Assembly: GCA_964442435.1 (NCBI GenBank)
Contig: CAYTZG010000003.1
Location: 43,802 to 107,801, forward strand
DNA: 64,000 bases
Source of the DNA: an uncultured Bacteroidaceae bacterium
GTDB lineage: Bacteria > Bacteroidota > Bacteroidia > Bacteroidales > P3
Reading direction: 5' to 3'
The notes beneath the pieces are model-generated. The model did no database searches and was not told where the DNA came from. It worked only from the letters and a program-made list of their open reading frames with translations. A program made the position numbers and the translations under genes. Shown one piece after another: positions 36,901 through 44,771 of this stretch. Position 1 is the first letter of the stretch; every line of letters starts with the position of its first letter.

Positions 36901-37741
36901 CTTTGAGCAGGTCTTTCATCTTGGTATTGAGCGCAATGCGGAACGTCTTGTCCATATTGCGTTCGGAAGCCACAATCCGCACGCAGCGCGGCACGGCGTC
37001 CGTGCCGTAGGTCTGCGCGATGAAATACCAGAACGCATGGCCGGCAAAGGCCGCATCCTCGCCATATACGCCCGACAGATACCGGTAGTCGTTGCGCAGG
37101 ATGGCCTGCTGGATGCGTTCGTCATACTGTTCGTTCCAAGGCTCGCTGAAATAAGCCGCCAAACCCTCCGTAAACCAGGCCGGCAGGTCCATGAGATACG
37201 AGTTCTTGTACTGCGTGCTCACCTTGGCGCCCGAAATGGCCTGCGTCAGCAACACCGACGCCATGCCGCGCCTTATCTGCCGCTCGAACGCCACATAGTC
37301 GCCCTCGAAATACAGAAACACCTTGTTGTCGATAAAACGCGTCACGCCGCCCGTGTTGTAGCCCACCTCGCTGCTCTCGTCCAGATAGCCGATGTTGCTC
37401 TGCTTGAAGTCGCTCAGCCGGTTGAAGACAATGAATTTGAGCGCGTCCTGCGTCTGATAGCCGATGGCCTGCTCCATCTCCGGCAAATGATACTGCAGGT
37501 AGTTGGCCGTATAGAGCGCCAGGTTGCGCCCCTTGCGGTTGAAATAGACGTCGAAGCCGTCGAAACGGTAGTACGACCAAAAAAATTTCTCGTATTGCAC
37601 GCGCTTCCGGCCGAAGCTCATCTCGGAACCGGTATAGAACTGCGCCTGTCCCACGCCCGTCGCGGTCACCGTCAGCAAAAGCCAAAGCAAGGCTTTCCCG
37701 GCGGGGGAGGCAGGCGTGAGGCGGGGCGGTTCGTGCGGCAT
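33992..37741 (-). CDS. Giant outer-membrane protein: degenerate peptidase-MA-like N-domain, TolB/PD40-like propeller, Ala/Pro-rich linker, Omp85-like C-terminal barrel
   Basis: About 1249 aa from the Met at 37741. WFTEGLAAYFSEPW motif, PD40-like FSFSPDGRSIAIAASSNG, a low-complexity segment (..AAAAADTAQAVTAGAAAPG..RKNRQADNPADTAAEPAPAE..), and a C-terminus ..GFGAGLRCQLLGYFMRFDLAWG......FYFSLSTDF typical of surface-antigen (D15) barrels. Confidence 0.6.
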   Translation of the reverse strand: MPHEPPRLTPASPAGKALLWLLLTVTATGVGQAQFYTGSEMSFGRKRVQYEKFFWSYYRFDGFDVYFNRKGRNLALYTANYLQYHLPEMEQAIGYQTQDALKFIVFNRLSDFKQSNIGYLDESSEVGYNTGGVTRFIDNKVFLYFEGDYVAFERQIRRGMASVLLTQAISGAKVSTQYKNSYLMDLPAWFTEGLAAYFSEPWNEQYDERIQQAILRNDYRYLSGVYGEDAAFAGHAFWYFIAQTYGTDAVPRCVRIVASERNMDKTFRIALNTKMKDLLKGFRAFYAEREAGLKRDSVSHHAVLKRTNKPETVYSRFTVNPGAVWRDSALTASQEGLARAAARRNGQDGGADSRATAGRETASDRHNGGELAFTSNWLGRAKVYIQSLNPSRRRCVYRTGAAVNDMPDYSFPVLAWHPNGHALGIITEEKGRTTLLIYDLEKKRKDIRRYYLDYFEKITSFSFSPDGRSIAIAASSNGQSDIFLHNLMAGTDKQLTFDLYDDKEPTFIPGTSLLVFVSNRPDDTLRKGQKFEVAPSMKKGTNLFAYDLKKGGVTLFQMTDEQERVRLSSPNPLDSRRLLFLTNAAGKTDLAAGGFGRVMDHVDTAIHYRRTFESVPLGNRPAGLREIDASAKSGVYTSLGLENGRYVLAVEPLLSLRDELYPKLPPATLAPPTAFKSEILAKIARMERRQAIADSLAAAAAADTAQAVTAGAAAPGTGRLRQSLALHADRYEDRSDTTAFDRYLAARAAAGLGAPRPEASAATPDTADARRQTPAADTSAAPAIGGPVAPSGVSPAGDAPTDTTGATASRRVKKNNKRKNRQADNPADTAAEPAPAELAADSVPARVPPKQYTYRPEFSINQATAQLGFSFLNTTYQAFTNSSSPIYLNSDVNGFTQISLSDLMENHRIIGGFSFSFDFTTFEYLLSYEYLERRLGHQFVFHIINRNDNSMNVEPYKQNTYNGYYVMKYPLSPVSMIKGTVFARYDRTVFKSYEWNSLIEPMQQQLKVGLKGEWVYDRSRFVTQNIYYGTRGKVFAEYYQGIVHDNQNLFVVGVDFRDYRRLYKTLIWANRIAASTSFGQQKLVYYMGGIDGWLLPRFNSDVQTDPNQNYAYQTLATNMRGFIQNIRNGNSFVVINSEIRFPFAQVLSRGPVKSSFLRHLQLVAFADVGSAWSDWNPWSKDNPFYKQTIEDGKITIELEKEANPIVLGFGAGLRCQLLGYFMRFDLAWGVENGLVHDKPVFYFSLSTDF

Positions 37742-37819
37742 AACGTTAAAATGAAAAAAGGGCGGACCGAACCATCGTCCGGATCCGCCCGCGGGTTTGC
37801 ATGGTGTCGAAGTCAAAGA

Positions 37820-39454
37820 CTACAACTGAGGACCGGCCGCCACAAGGCGTTTGCCCTCTTCGTTGTCGGTAAAGTTCTCGAAATTCTTGATGAATTTCTC
37901 GCCCAGTTCGCGGGCCGCCTTGTCCCAGTCGGCCGGATTTTCCCACAGGTTGCGCGGGTTGAGGATTTTGGGATCCACACGGTTCACGGCCTTGGGCACC
38001 GCCAGGCCGAATACCGGAATCGTCTCGGTCTCCGCCTTGTCGAGCGAACCGTCCAGAATGGCGTCGATGATGGCGCGCGTGGACGGGATGTCGATACGGC
38101 GGCCAACACCGTAAGGCCCGCCAATCCAGCCCGTGTTCACGAGGTAAGCCGTCGAGTTGTGCTGACGCATCTTCTTGACGAGTTCCTGCGCGTATTTCGT
38201 CGGGTGCAGCAACAGGAAGGCCGCGCCGAAGCAGGACGAGAACGTGGGCGTCGGTTCCTTGATGCCGCGTTCGGTACCGGCCACCTTGGCCGTATAGCCG
38301 CTCAGGAACTGATACATCGTCTGGTCGGGCGTCAGGCGCGATACGGGCGGCAGAACGCCGAACGCGTCGGCCGTCAGGAAAATCACCTTCGACGGGTGAC
38401 CCGCCTTGGAAACCGGCTTTACGATGTTGTTGATGTGGTAGATAGGATACGAAACACGCGTGTTTTCCGTCTTGGAGGCGTCATCGAAGTCGATATGGCC
38501 CTTGGCGTCGATAACGACGTTTTCGAGCAGCGCGTCCCGTTTGATGGCGCCGTAAATGTCGGGCTCGTTTTCCTTGCTCAGGTGGATGCATTTGGCGTAG
38601 CAGCCGCCTTCGAAGTTGAAGACACCTTCGTCGTCCCAGCCGTGTTCGTCATCGCCGATGAGCTCGCGGTTCGGGTCGGTCGAAAGCGTGGTCTTGCCCG
38701 TGCCGGACAAGCCGAAGAAAATGGCCGTGTCGCCGTCTTTGCCCTTGTTGGCCGAGCAGTGCATGGCCGCCATGCCGTTGAGCGGCAGGAAGTAGTTCAT
38801 GACCGAGAACAAACCTTTCTTCATTTCGCCGCCGTACCACGTGCCGCCGATAACGGCGCGCTTCAGACCCAGGTGGAAGGCCACGAACACCTCGCTGTTC
38901 ATGCCTTCGGCCTTGAAGTCGGGATAGGTCGTCTTGCAGGCGTTGAGCATGATGAAGTCGGGCTTGAACGTCTTGAGTTCATCTTCGCTCGGGCGGATAA
39001 ACATATTCTTGACAAAGTGCGCCTGCCACGCCACTTCGGTGATGACGCGGATGCAGATGCGGCTGTTGGGGTTCGCGCCCACATAGCCGTCCTGTACATA
39101 CAGGTTCTTGGCCGACAGCTGCGCGCTGCCCTTCTTGTAAAGCTTTTCCCACAGTTCGGGCGAGATGGCCTTGTTGTCGGAGCCCTTGCGGCCCGCCTGC
39201 GCCCACCATACGTTGTTTTCCGAACCGGGTTCCTTCACGATATATTTGTCTTTGGGAGAACGGCCGGTAAATTCGCCCGTGTCCACGCTCACGGCGCCCA
39301 TATCGGTCAGATAGGCGCGGTCGAAGCCGGTCAGGCCGGCTTTGGTTTCGTGTTCGTACAATTCGTCATAAGACAGGTTGTAGTAAATGTCCTTGACATT
39401 TTCGATGCCGTAAGACGCCAAGTCTTTGCGGATCTGTTCCAAATTTTGGTTCAT
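37820..39454 (-). CDS. pckA: Phosphoenolpyruvate carboxykinase (ATP)
   Basis: 544 aa. ..[10 protein letters not shown].., kinase-1a [11 protein letters not shown], ..IGDDEHGW.. and a typical PckA length. Confidence 0.92.
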   Translation of the reverse strand: MNQNLEQIRKDLASYGIENVKDIYYNLSYDELYEHETKAGLTGFDRAYLTDMGAVSVDTGEFTGRSPKDKYIVKEPGSENNVWWAQAGRKGSDNKAISPELWEKLYKKGSAQLSAKNLYVQDGYVGANPNSRICIRVITEVAWQAHFVKNMFIRPSEDELKTFKPDFIMLNACKTTYPDFKAEGMNSEVFVAFHLGLKRAVIGGTWYGGEMKKGLFSVMNYFLPLNGMAAMHCSANKGKDGDTAIFFGLSGTGKTTLSTDPNRELIGDDEHGWDDEGVFNFEGGCYAKCIHLSKENEPDIYGAIKRDALLENVVIDAKGHIDFDDASKTENTRVSYPIYHINNIVKPVSKAGHPSKVIFLTADAFGVLPPVSRLTPDQTMYQFLSGYTAKVAGTERGIKEPTPTFSSCFGAAFLLLHPTKYAQELVKKMRQHNSTAYLVNTGWIGGPYGVGRRIDIPSTRAIIDAILDGSLDKAETETIPVFGLAVPKAVNRVDPKILNPRNLWENPADWDKAARELGEKFIKNFENFTDNEEGKRLVAAGPQL

Positions 39455-39525
39455 ACGTTAAATCCTTTTCTTTTTTAACCTTCTATTGCTTTTATAACTC
39501 TTTGTCTCTGTCCTTCACGCGTTTC

Positions 39526-40485
39526 CTATTTAAACGCTTGGAAGCCCTTGCCATACACGCCCGTGGCTTTCGTCACGCTCGTAAAGGCGTCGGGGTCAAT
39601 GTCACGTATGCGGCGCAACACGTTCTGCATCTCGTATTTACGCACCACGGCAAACAATACGTTCGATTGCTTCTTCGAATAAAAACCCTTGGCGTCCAAG
39701 AGCGTCACCCCACGGTGCATCTCGGTGCTGATCATTTCGGCTATTTCCTCGTGTTTGTTGGAGGAAATGAGCATCTGCACGCTCGACTGCGCACCCATCA
39801 CGATGAGGTCTATCGTGTAGGACGTCACCGTCATGACCACAAAGCCGTACAGCACGACCCGCAACGATTCCTCCGGCGATTTCCCAAGGAAATAGTAGAA
39901 AATGAGGAAAGACGACGAGATGATGCCGAGGTCGCAGTAAAGGATGACCCGACCCGGGCTGACGTTGTGGTATTTGGTGATAATCAGCGCCACGATGTCG
40001 GTGCCGCCCGTGCTGCCGCCGTAGTTGAAGGCCGTGCCCACCGACAGCCCGATGAGCGCGCCGCCGATAACGGCCGACAGGAACGGGTCCTGATCCAAAA
40101 CCGGCTGTTTGAGCAGCCCCTGCCAAAGCGTTACGAAAAACGACAGGAAGAAAATGGCCCATACCGTTTTGAAACCGAACGCATTGCCGAGGATTTTAAA
40201 GCCGATGAGCAACAAGACGGCGTTGATGACGAAGGCCGAGATACCGACCGGAATCCGGTGCCCCGTGGCATAGTACAACAGCGTGGAGATACCGTTCACG
40301 CCGCCGCTGACGATGTTCGAGTTGATGATGAACATCACGAGCGCGAAGGCGTAGAGGCACAGACAGAGCGTGATAACGATGTAACTCTTTACCTCACGCT
40401 TGACCTGCTTCTTATCCAACGGCTTCGCCGGAAACAACTCTTTCCAGAACGGTTTCTTGCCCTTGGCGTCCGATTGTTCGCTCAT
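39526..40485 (-). CDS. YitT-family membrane protein (DUF2179 C-terminal domain)
   Basis: 319 aa. Several TM segments with GG..G..LL.. motifs and a C-terminus ..HRGVTLLDAKGFYS...SNVLFAVVRKYEMQNVLRRIRDIDPDAF..V..A.GVYG.GF. The minus-strand TATCTTTG box lies at 40559-40566. Confidence 0.8.
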   Translation of the reverse strand: MSEQSDAKGKKPFWKELFPAKPLDKKQVKREVKSYIVITLCLCLYAFALVMFIINSNIVSGGVNGISTLLYYATGHRIPVGISAFVINAVLLLIGFKILGNAFGFKTVWAIFFLSFFVTLWQGLLKQPVLDQDPFLSAVIGGALIGLSVGTAFNYGGSTGGTDIVALIITKYHNVSPGRVILYCDLGIISSSFLIFYYFLGKSPEESLRVVLYGFVVMTVTSYTIDLIVMGAQSSVQMLISSNKHEEIAEMISTEMHRGVTLLDAKGFYSKKQSNVLFAVVRKYEMQNVLRRIRDIDPDAFTSVTKATGVYGKGFQAFK

Positions 40486-40596
40486 GCTTTAACTGATTAA
40501 AATTAGCCGTTTGGCGGATTTTACGACTTTTAAAGCCCTTCTCCACCAATAAGGCTGGCAAAGATAATGCAAGTTGAGCGCATTTCCAAACCGTGT

Positions 40597-40708
40597 GGCG
40601 CACCGCGCCGCCACAGAGTGGCGTGCGTAAGGATAAGGCCGCCGTCGAAAACTTGTTTTCAGATGGCGGCCTTATCCTTACGGCGGCGTTGCCGCTGCGC
40701 GGTGCGCC
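40597..40708. repeat. 112-nt GC-rich nested palindrome predicted to fold as a four-way (cloverleaf-like) structure
   Basis: Outer 12-bp stem ggcgcaccgcgc/gcgcggtgcgcc (40597-40608 / 40697-40708). It encloses hairpins cgcca-cagag-tggcg, an 18-bp perfect stem cgtaaggataaggccgcc/ggcggccttatccttacg (40626-40643 / 40665-40682) with an inner gaaaac-tt-gttttc, and gcggc-gtt-gccgc. Confidence 0.7.
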
Positions 40709-40838
40709 CTACATTGTCGTCGAATGCCGAAACGCCGCCTATCTTCACCGATTAGGTAAAGAAGGGTCTTAAATCCATGTTTGTCGCAAAAACATAAAGA
40801 GGTTATCAATGAAATTTTGTGCATTAGAGATGTTTTTG

Positions 40839-40846
40839 TATCTTTG
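40839..40846 (+). promoter_or_regulatory. Bacteroidota promoter of the three-gene cassette (-7 TATCTTTG; -33 TTTG at 40816-40819)
   Basis: Exact consensus boxes 20 nt apart, 33 nt upstream of the ATG at 40879. Confidence 0.6.
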
Positions 40847-40878
40847 TTACAAAAGTTTTAAATAGGGTATGTTATAAA

Positions 40879-41748
40879 ATGGTTATTACAAATGCAAATA
40901 AAGAGTCGATTAGGCTGAGGAATTTATCTTCAGCTTTTTCTCGTAGTGCATTTGTAGATGTCTTAAATTACAATGATTATTCCCATTTAAATTGGTTGGC
41001 ATCAAAATATGGTACTTTAAAATGTACTACATATTTGGAACTGCTCAACAAGTCATATTTTTTAATATCTAAATATTACAGATGTGAATATGTGTATAAG
41101 AATGAGTTAATAAAACTTCTTCTTAAAAAATATGGAACAAAAAATTCTGTGTATTTTAGCGAATTTAGAGTTGGGAACTCTATTGCTGATATGGTGATGT
41201 TTAATGGTGAGAGTAAAGCATTTGAAATCAAAACCGAGTATGATACTTTTCGGAGATTGGATAAACAAATGGAAGATTATAAACGCTTTTTTGATAAATG
41301 TTACTTAGTTGTTCCGGAAGACAGATTAGAAGAATACTCTAAGATCAACGAATCCACAACAGGGATTATAGTAATGAGTCAAAATAACGGGCGTATTTTT
41401 TTAAAGGAGGTTAAATCAGCATATCAGAAAGACCACTTTGAGTCAGATGCATTAATGTCTTGCCTTAGGACGGCCGAGTATAAAAATATCGTATTGTCTT
41501 TGGGTATTTCTTTGGATGGAGTTGCGGGTTATGATATGTATACATTTTGCTGCAAGGTCATTTCCCATGCAGATCCAGGCAAGGTTCGTGAGCTTTTCCT
41601 ACGTGAGATAAAAAAGCGTAAAAACAATACATCACTATTGCGAAAATACCCTGCCTCAATCAGACAAATGATGCTAAGTTTGAATTTGCCAGAAGGCAAG
41701 GCGAGTAAATTATTGGAACAATTGAATATTAATATAAATCAAGCATAG
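40879..41748 (+). CDS. PD-(D/E)xK nuclease-fold protein, sce7726-like
   Basis: 289 aa. E95..D104..E116-x-K118 in SEFRVGNSIADMVMFNGESKAFEIKTEYDTFRRLDKQMEDYKRFFDKCYLVVPE. The pattern matches my recollection of the NCBIfam sce7726 family (..D.A....G....EIKS..D...RL..Q...Y...FD). Confidence 0.6.
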   Translation: MVITNANKESIRLRNLSSAFSRSAFVDVLNYNDYSHLNWLASKYGTLKCTTYLELLNKSYFLISKYYRCEYVYKNELIKLLLKKYGTKNSVYFSEFRVGNSIADMVMFNGESKAFEIKTEYDTFRRLDKQMEDYKRFFDKCYLVVPEDRLEEYSKINESTTGIIVMSQNNGRIFLKEVKSAYQKDHFESDALMSCLRTAEYKNIVLSLGISLDGVAGYDMYTFCCKVISHADPGKVRELFLREIKKRKNNTSLLRKYPASIRQMMLSLNLPEGKASKLLEQLNININQA

Positions 41749-41751
41749 ATT

Positions 41752-42696
41752 ATGTATTATCCATATCTTCGTGCAAAGCAATATGAACTTAAGGCTTTAA
41801 AAGAATTTTCTAGAGAGCACCAAGAGCAGGATTCTATAACGCCGATATTAGAACCGGTAAAACAACAGCCTAATGCATTGAATGTTGCAATAGATGAAAT
41901 GCTTACCAACGGATTAAAGTTTGCATTGATCTTAAATCCAAAAGAAGGGGATTTTAAGCACCCCACAGTCCGTTTTGATGCATGGTTTCAGAATACAAGA
42001 TTAATGGAGAATCAAGAGGGGTGGATACCTGCGTTTCTTTATTCTAGACGTAATGTTCATGAAATATTATCAATAATTAATGAATATCAACTTGAGCATG
42101 CTATGATTATATTCCGCACTTGTATGGATATGGACGATAGAGATGCGTGGGAAATAATCAATAGTGATTCTATTAAATATGTTGTAAATTCATTCGGATC
42201 CACCTCAAGAAGATTAAGAAGCAAACTAAAAGAAACGAAAAAGCAGGTTATTCGATTAGATGATTGTTTTAAATCAAGGGTTCGTAATGCAGACTATGCA
42301 CTTGAAGTGGATGAATTGTTTTCTGAGGAACCATTTTTCTATGCAGACGAAGGTTTGGATGGGTATTCAGATTATACCACACTGCCATCGGAGTATATAG
42401 AAGGTGGTATGTTGCCACATGCTTTAGTTATTCATCTTTCATATAAAAGAAATGAGGAACAACTATATGTTCATCATTTTGTTTCCGATAGCAATGATAC
42501 TAATAACGATATTCGCGGAAAATTTAGAGAAGCAGCAAGGAAGGTCGCACCCTTTTATAAAGATAAGTCCCCAACGGAAGCTGTTAGAGAACTTATTGAA
42601 AAGGCAAATGATCCAGAAGGGTATCCTGGACTCGGATATTTGAAGAAATTATCTGTAAAGAACCACTTGGAATTAATCCTCTCACTAAAAAAGTAA
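41752..42696 (+). CDS. Beta_protein (PF14350)/sce7725-like protein of unknown function
   Basis: 314 aa. The N-terminus MYYPYLRAKQYELKALKEFS..ITPILEPV is characteristic of that family as I remember it. It starts 3 nt after the upstream stop. Confidence 0.5.
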   Translation: MYYPYLRAKQYELKALKEFSREHQEQDSITPILEPVKQQPNALNVAIDEMLTNGLKFALILNPKEGDFKHPTVRFDAWFQNTRLMENQEGWIPAFLYSRRNVHEILSIINEYQLEHAMIIFRTCMDMDDRDAWEIINSDSIKYVVNSFGSTSRRLRSKLKETKKQVIRLDDCFKSRVRNADYALEVDELFSEEPFFYADEGLDGYSDYTTLPSEYIEGGMLPHALVIHLSYKRNEEQLYVHHFVSDSNDTNNDIRGKFREAARKVAPFYKDKSPTEAVRELIEKANDPEGYPGLGYLKKLSVKNHLELILSLKK

Positions 42697-42702
42697 TCAC
42701 GT

Positions 42703-43704
42703 ATGTATATATGTAAGGACTGTTTTCTTGATGAGGAATTACGTTCTGAGATAAATTCCAATGCTACTATTGAAGGCGTATGCGAGGTCTGCGGAACAGA
42801 AGGAAAACTAATGGATTTTTCTGAATTTCATGGTTTCTTTGCAGCCATACTCTCCATGTTTTCCACAACAGATAACGGTGATAAAACAATAGTTGATGTT
42901 ATCCAAGAAGAGTGGAATCTCTTTAAGAATAAAGAAGTCGCGCAGGTATTGTTGTCTGATGTTATTGACACGTGCGATTGTGGATACTCAATAGACGCTT
43001 ATGTAGATTATACAGGTGAGGTTCAAGAACGTGTTGCTGTTTGGGATAGGCTGAAGACCAGTGTAAAAGAAAATTTTCGCTTTTTCACTGATATGGATGA
43101 ATTTGCCCAATATAACTATCTTTCAGCAGATAAAATTATACCTATTGGCCAAAAACTATATCGTTCTCGCATTACCCCTGTTGGTCTTCAAAAGATTCGA
43201 TGTAAAGAAATGGGATGTCCTCCGAAAGATTTAGCCTCTGCCGGACGTGCTAATCCAATAGGAATACCATACTTATATTTGAGTGACTCTGCTAAAACAA
43301 CATATTTTGAGGTTCGAGCTGTATATTTAGACCAATTAAGTGTTGGAACATTCAGGATAGAACGCGAATTAAAACTTGTTGATTTTATGTATGATATAAG
43401 TTTGTTTTGGGCGTACAATGATGATTCAACACCACTAAAAGAATTTGTAATCAAGAAAAAAATCATTGATGCGATAAGTAAAGATCTATCCAAGCCCCTC
43501 CGTAGGTATGATTCAGAATTGGAATACGTCCCAACTCAATTTATATGTGAGTATTGTAAATATGTAGTGGGTGCAGATGGTGTTACTTTTGGGAGTTCTT
43601 TGCATAAAGGGGGACGCAATTATGTTTTATTTGATGAATCTGCGGTAAAATGTATAAGAGTAGATTCACACGAAATAACACGGATAGACATTGATAGAAA
43701 ATGA
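42703..43704 (+). CDS. Zinc-ribbon (HEPN/RES-NTD1-like) + RES-domain effector (predicted NAD+-targeting toxin)
   Basis: 333 aa with C4-x2-C7...C27-x2-C30 at the N-terminus. RES signature: LYRSR.., AGRANPIGIPYLYLSDSAKTTYFEV (Arg and Glu) and GVTFGSSLHKGGRNYVLF (Ser). It starts 6 nt after the upstream stop. Confidence 0.65.
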   Translation: MYICKDCFLDEELRSEINSNATIEGVCEVCGTEGKLMDFSEFHGFFAAILSMFSTTDNGDKTIVDVIQEEWNLFKNKEVAQVLLSDVIDTCDCGYSIDAYVDYTGEVQERVAVWDRLKTSVKENFRFFTDMDEFAQYNYLSADKIIPIGQKLYRSRITPVGLQKIRCKEMGCPPKDLASAGRANPIGIPYLYLSDSAKTTYFEVRAVYLDQLSVGTFRIERELKLVDFMYDISLFWAYNDDSTPLKEFVIKKKIIDAISKDLSKPLRRYDSELEYVPTQFICEYCKYVVGADGVTFGSSLHKGGRNYVLFDESAVKCIRVDSHEITRIDIDRK

Positions 43705-43724
43705 TATAAATAACGCCAAATTCT

Positions 43725-43865
43725 ATGTCGTTAATTATTGCATTATATTTGGGTGAAGGTATTGTTATGGCTAGTGATAGTAGAACAACATTTAGTTTTA
43801 CCTCTACAATGCCAGATGGGACTATTATTCAGAATAATGGAGTTCTAAACAAAAAGAGGATTTAA
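43725..43865 (+). pseudogene. N-terminal fragment of an Ntn-hydrolase/proteasome-beta(HslV)-like gene
   Basis: 46-codon ORF MSLIIALYLGEGIVMASDSRTTFSFTSTMPDGTIIQNNGVLNKKRI-stop. The G.V.ASDSR.T pattern resembles the start of proteasome-type subunits, but the ORF is far too short to be functional. Confidence 0.35.
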
Positions 43866-43907
43866 AATTAATAGATAAACATTTTTGACTTTAATCTATT
43901 AAAAAAA

Positions 43908-44438
43908 ATGAAAAAGTTAATCGCAATGTTAATGATTCTGTCGCCGATTATGGCAATGGCGCAGAAGATTCAAAAGAACGAAATTGATAAGTTCACCAAA
44001 CAGCGTCTTGTTGAGACAAAAATGGAAACTCTTGCGAAGTTCAATAAATGGAAAAGCCTCAGGGCGGATAACACAAGATTGAACATTGGGGTCAGATTTT
44101 TGAACGGCGACTGGGTTTTCCCTGCCATGATTGTTCTTGATGATTGCGAAAAAGTTACTGAAAGAAACGGTGTATTGTTTTTACTTGACAATGGAGAAAC
44201 CATAACATCAACGACCGCATACACGGGTATTTTTGAAAGTTCCCAGGAACCAGGAAGCTCTCTGTGGAGGTTCAATACCGTTTTATACGTTGATCAAAAC
44301 GACGTACCCAAACTGAAGAATGGTAAAATAACAGATATTCGTATAAGTGTTTTGGGGCGCAATTTCGACTTACCTGTGGAGGAAGGGAAGCAAGACTTAA
44401 TCAGTAGAATGATTACTTTAATAGAATCAAAACTTTGA
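43908..44438 (+). CDS. Hypothetical small secreted protein
   Basis: 176 aa. Signal peptide MKKLIAMLMILSPIMAMAQ, AT-rich, no family recognised. Confidence 0.5.
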   Translation: MKKLIAMLMILSPIMAMAQKIQKNEIDKFTKQRLVETKMETLAKFNKWKSLRADNTRLNIGVRFLNGDWVFPAMIVLDDCEKVTERNGVLFLLDNGETITSTTAYTGIFESSQEPGSSLWRFNTVLYVDQNDVPKLKNGKITDIRISVLGRNFDLPVEEGKQDLISRMITLIESKL

Positions 44439-44771
44439 GCATGTTAAGGGTTCTTTCTCTTAATAACTGGTTGCTTCAGTAAACATAAAAGACAAGAAAC
44501 GAGATAAAGGTTGACCTCATGAAAGATTATCTAGGTAATCGTTTTCGCCATTTGTCACCACAAAATACACCTCTGAAACAATAAAGCCTCCTAATTTACT
44601 ACCTAATCTTCTATTTTCGCAATTAAGGCTTCCCGTATACGAGATGCATCCTCTTTTGGCAACTCACCCCCCAACAATCTATCTGCCGATCTAATTATAA
44701 TCAAATCGCCCTTTCCCGTTTCTCTCCGATATTTCGTATCTTCGCAACCTTGTTCGCGGCAATTTGCGCTT

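Larger units (their letters stand above)
40760..44700. other. AT-rich genomic island (horizontally acquired; no integrase or transposase seen)
   Basis: Abrupt visual drop in G+C and a change of codon usage relative to flanking yitT and the CorC-like gene. It contains the three-gene cassette, a gene fragment and an orphan secreted protein. Confidence 0.65.

Noticed and set aside
36839-39478. 879-aa plus-strand ORF spanning the pckA and giant-OMP regions
   Set aside because: It is antisense to pckA, whose identity is unambiguous, and its composition is low-complexity Arg/Ala/Gly/Val. The same reasoning applies to 34034-36319 (+), 14123-15793 (-), 50353-52308 (+), 54382-55974 (-), 58558-59682 (+), 905-2299 (-), 10339-11319 (-) and 48463-50301 (+).
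40750-44608. 9-bp inverted match gattaggta (40750-40758) / tacctaatc (44600-44608) near both island edges as possible terminal inverted repeats
   Set aside because: The match is too short to be significant in 4 kb of AT-rich DNA. No transposase is present and no target-site duplication was seen.
44603-44770. Minus-strand open frame ending ..GKGDLIIIRSADRLLGGELPKEDASRIREALIAKIED-stop, a possible remnant of a gene C-terminus at the right island edge
   Set aside because: It has no start codon, is only about 55 codons long, and overlaps the promoter and 5' end of the CorC-like gene. I cannot assign it to any family from memory.
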